NCBI RefSeq assembly: GCF_964213995.1
Contig: NW_027590154.1
Coordinates: 434,001-498,000 of the forward strand
DNA length: 64,000 nt
Reading direction: 5' to 3'
From: Mustelus asterias
Lineage: Eukaryota
Of this stretch, positions 61,440 to 64,000 are shown one piece after another (within the stretch, counting starts at the first letter, position 1; every line of letters begins with the position of its first letter). The notes under the pieces are model-generated. The model did not search any database. It saw only the letters and a program-made list of their open reading frames with translations, and was not told the DNA's origin. The position numbers were made by a program, and so were the translations under genes.

Positions 61440-62220
61440 AGAACATAGAAAAACTACAGCACAAACAGGCTCTTCGGCCCACAAGTTGCGCCGGTCATGT
61501 CCCTACCTACCTCGGCCTATATATAGGCTTACCTATAACCCTCTGTCCTATTAAGTCCCATGTACTCATCCAGAAGTCTCTTAAAAGACCCTATCGAGTT
61601 TGCCTCCACCACCACTGACGGCAGCCGATTCCACTCACCCACCACCCTCCGAGGGAAAAACTTACCCCTGACATCTCCTCTGTACCTACTCCCCAGCACC
61701 TTAAACCTGTGTCCTCTCTTAGCAGCCATTTCAGCCCTGGGAAAAAGCCTCTGAGAATCCACCCGATCTATACCTCTCAACATCTTGTACACCTCTATCA
61801 GGTCACCTCTCATCCTTCATCTCTCCAAGGAGAAAAGACCGAGCTCCCTCAACCTATCCTCATAAGGCATGCCACCCAATCCAGGCAGCATTCTTGTAAA
61901 TCTTCTCTGCACCCTTTCAATAATTTCTACATCCTTCCTGTAATGACCAGAACTGAGCACAGTACTCTAAGTGGGGTCTGATGAGGGCCTTATAAAGCTG
62001 CATCATTATCTCCCGACTCCTAAACTCAATCCCCCGATTGATGAAGGCCAGCACACCATACGCCTTCTTAACCACCTCCTCTACCTGCGCGGCCGATTTA
62101 GGAGTCCTATGGACCCGGACCCCAAGGTCCTTCTGATCCTCTACACTGCTAGGAGTCTTACCCTTGATATTATACTCCTTCATCCCATTTGACCTGCCGA
62201 AATGTACCACTACACATTTA
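61440..62220 (-). mobile_element. CR1 3' fragment (different subfamily)
   Basis: ORFs 61529-61813 and 61917-62249 match CR1 ORF2 C-terminus. Confidence 0.88.
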
Positions 62221-62320
62221 TCCAGGTTCCAAAATGTCCCACTACACATTTATCCGGGTTCCAAAATGTACCACTCCACATTTATCTGGGTTGTACCACT
62301 ACACATTTATCTGGGTTATC
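62200..62320. repeat. Short tandem repeat (about 31-33 bp, 3-4 copies) at the CR1 5' junction
   Basis: tgtaccactacacatttatc reiterated four times with variation. Confidence 0.8.
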
Positions 62321-62692
62321 TGTGTTGTTTAAGCTTTTATGTAAACTTTTATCGTGCCTGTCTAATATTTCACTCCTTTGTTTAGGTTCCTTCACAATTG
62401 AATTTCATAATGGACACATCACTGTGAAGAGGTCAGTCAGAATTATCAGCAAGGATTAATCAGCACTTTCTAATTGGAGATGTTAATCAGTGGAACCCCT
62501 CACACACAGATTTTCAGAAAAGATTAATTAATTTAGGACTGAAGTAAAGTTCGTAATTTTATTGTTAACTTTATGAACAGGTTCTTGTTGAGGATTCTTG
62601 AATTCAGGAGAAAGATCACAGAAGGTGCTTTTGAAAAGGAACATTGCAGCTCCGAAAATCAGTGACATCTCCAGAATATTAAACCCCAGCCA

Positions 62693-62950
62693 GGGGCCGC
62701 ACGGTGGCACAGTGGTTAGCACTGCTACCTCACAGCGCCAGCGACCCAGGTTCGATTCCCGGCTTGGGTCATTGTGTGGAGTTTGCATGTTCTCCCCGTG
62801 CTTTGTGGATTTTCTCCAGGTGCTCCTGTTTCCTCCCACAGTCTGAAGGTTAGGTGCATTGACCCGAACAGGCACCGGAGTTTGGCGACTCGGGGCATTT
62901 CACAATAACTTCATTACAGTGTTAATGTAAGCCTTACTTGTGACTAATGA
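62693..62950 (+). mobile_element. V-SINE (alternative tail)
   Basis: Head, B box ggttcgattcc, V-domain and tail as at 48285. Confidence 0.85.
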
Positions 62951-63021
62951 ATGTTTTTTTAAAACTTTAAAGTTATAGGGATGTTAACATCAGCAGAAAC
63001 AAACCAGATATTGTCAGACTA

Positions 63022-63822
63022 TCAATCCAGGCTGTGATTAAAAGCAGAATCCAATCCTTGCAGTCTATTATGAATTTGCTGGTGTCTCAGCAGGCTGGAG
63101 GACTTTGTGAATGCCTTTCCACACAAGGAGCAGGTGAAAGGCCTCTCCCCAGAGTGAGTGCGTCGGTGAGTCAGAAGGTTGGATGACTGCTTGAAACTCT
63201 TTCCACAGGTACTGCAGCTGAATGGATTCTCCTGAGTGTGAGTGCGGTGGTGGGACTGGAGGGTGAATAACCGAGTGAATCCCTTCCCACACACCGAGCA
63301 GGTGAATGGTCTCTCCCCGGTGTGAAGTCGCTGGTGTCTCACCAGATCGAATGACTGGGAGAATTTCTTCCCACGCATGGAGCAGCTGAACGGTCTCTCC
63401 CTGGTGTGAGTGCATTGGTGAGCAGTCAGGGTGGATGACTGCCCGAAACTCTTTCCACAGGAAGTGCAGCTGAACGGTTTCTCCTCAGTGTGAATTCGCT
63501 GATGTGTCCAAAGGCCGGATGACCGAGTGAATCTCTCACCGCACACAGAGCAGGTGAACGGCTTCACCCCAGTGTGAATCCGCTGGTGTGTAGCAAGGCT
63601 GGATGTGCTGTTGAACCTCTTCCCACAGTAAGTGCAGCTGAAAGGCCTCTCCTCAGTGTGAATTCTCTGGTGTAACATCAGGTAGGTTGTCTTGGTAAAT
63701 CCCTTCCCACACACAGAACAGACGAATGGCTTCTCCCCGGTGTGACTGCGTTGATGGATTTTCAGTCGGAATAAAGACTTGAATCCTTTACCACAATCCC
63801 CACATTTCCAAGGTTTCTCCAT
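63022..63822 (-). CDS. C2H2 zinc-finger protein, 9 fingers, one degenerate (ZNF-I)
   Basis: gcaccATGg MEKPWKC start; decayed upstream fingers run to the window end. Confidence 0.88.
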   Translation of the reverse strand: MEKPWKCGDCGKGFKSLFRLKIHQRSHTGEKPFVCSVCGKGFTKTTYLMLHQRIHTEERPFSCTYCGKRFNSTSSLATHQRIHTGVKPFTCSVCGERFTRSSGLWTHQRIHTEEKPFSCTSCGKSFGQSSTLTAHQCTHTRERPFSCSMRGKKFSQSFDLVRHQRLHTGERPFTCSVCGKGFTRLFTLQSHHRTHTQENPFSCSTCGKSFKQSSNLLTHRRTHSGERPFTCSLCGKAFTKSSSLLRHQQIHNRLQGLDSAFNHSLD

Positions 63823-64000
63823 GGTGCCAGTGTCCTTGTGTCTCTCCAGGTTAGATGATCAGTTGAAATCTCGTCCATGCAGATAACACGTGTACAGTTT
63901 CTCCCCGCTGTGAATGGTGTGATGTTTTCTCAGGCTGTGTCACTGGTTAAAGCTCTTTCCACACTCAGTTCACTGGAACACTCTCACTCGGGTGTGTGGG

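Noticed and set aside
63960-63980. Selenocysteine finger: TGA at a Cys position here and near 11680
   Set aside because: Other stops lie in the same frame before the main ORF and no SECIS was recognised; shared decay of the leader explains it.

Overview
Eukaryotic, repeat-rich vertebrate DNA. The repeat families (HE1/V-SINEs, SacSINE1-like SINE, CR1, Rex1, L2, Penelope) point to a cartilaginous fish such as a shark; this is an inference. The window is a cluster of about nine C2H2 zinc-finger genes and pseudogenes on both strands, each with one coding exon and no visible KRAB/SCAN/BTB domain. They are served by paralogous CpG-rich promoters, one family of which is mirror-symmetric with outward-facing copies of the first exon. 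Between the genes lie nested retroelements, including tiny Penelope-derived insertions that carry hammerhead ribozyme cores. Two features not suggested by the ORF track are two full-length variant 7SL (SRP) RNA gene copies in a tandem duplication at 54-61 kb and a CRE-site minisatellite amplified from an L2 remnant next to a promoter. No prokaryotic systems or CRISPR arrays are present. Repeat boundaries are by-eye estimates (about +/-10-30 bp) unless a TSD is quoted.
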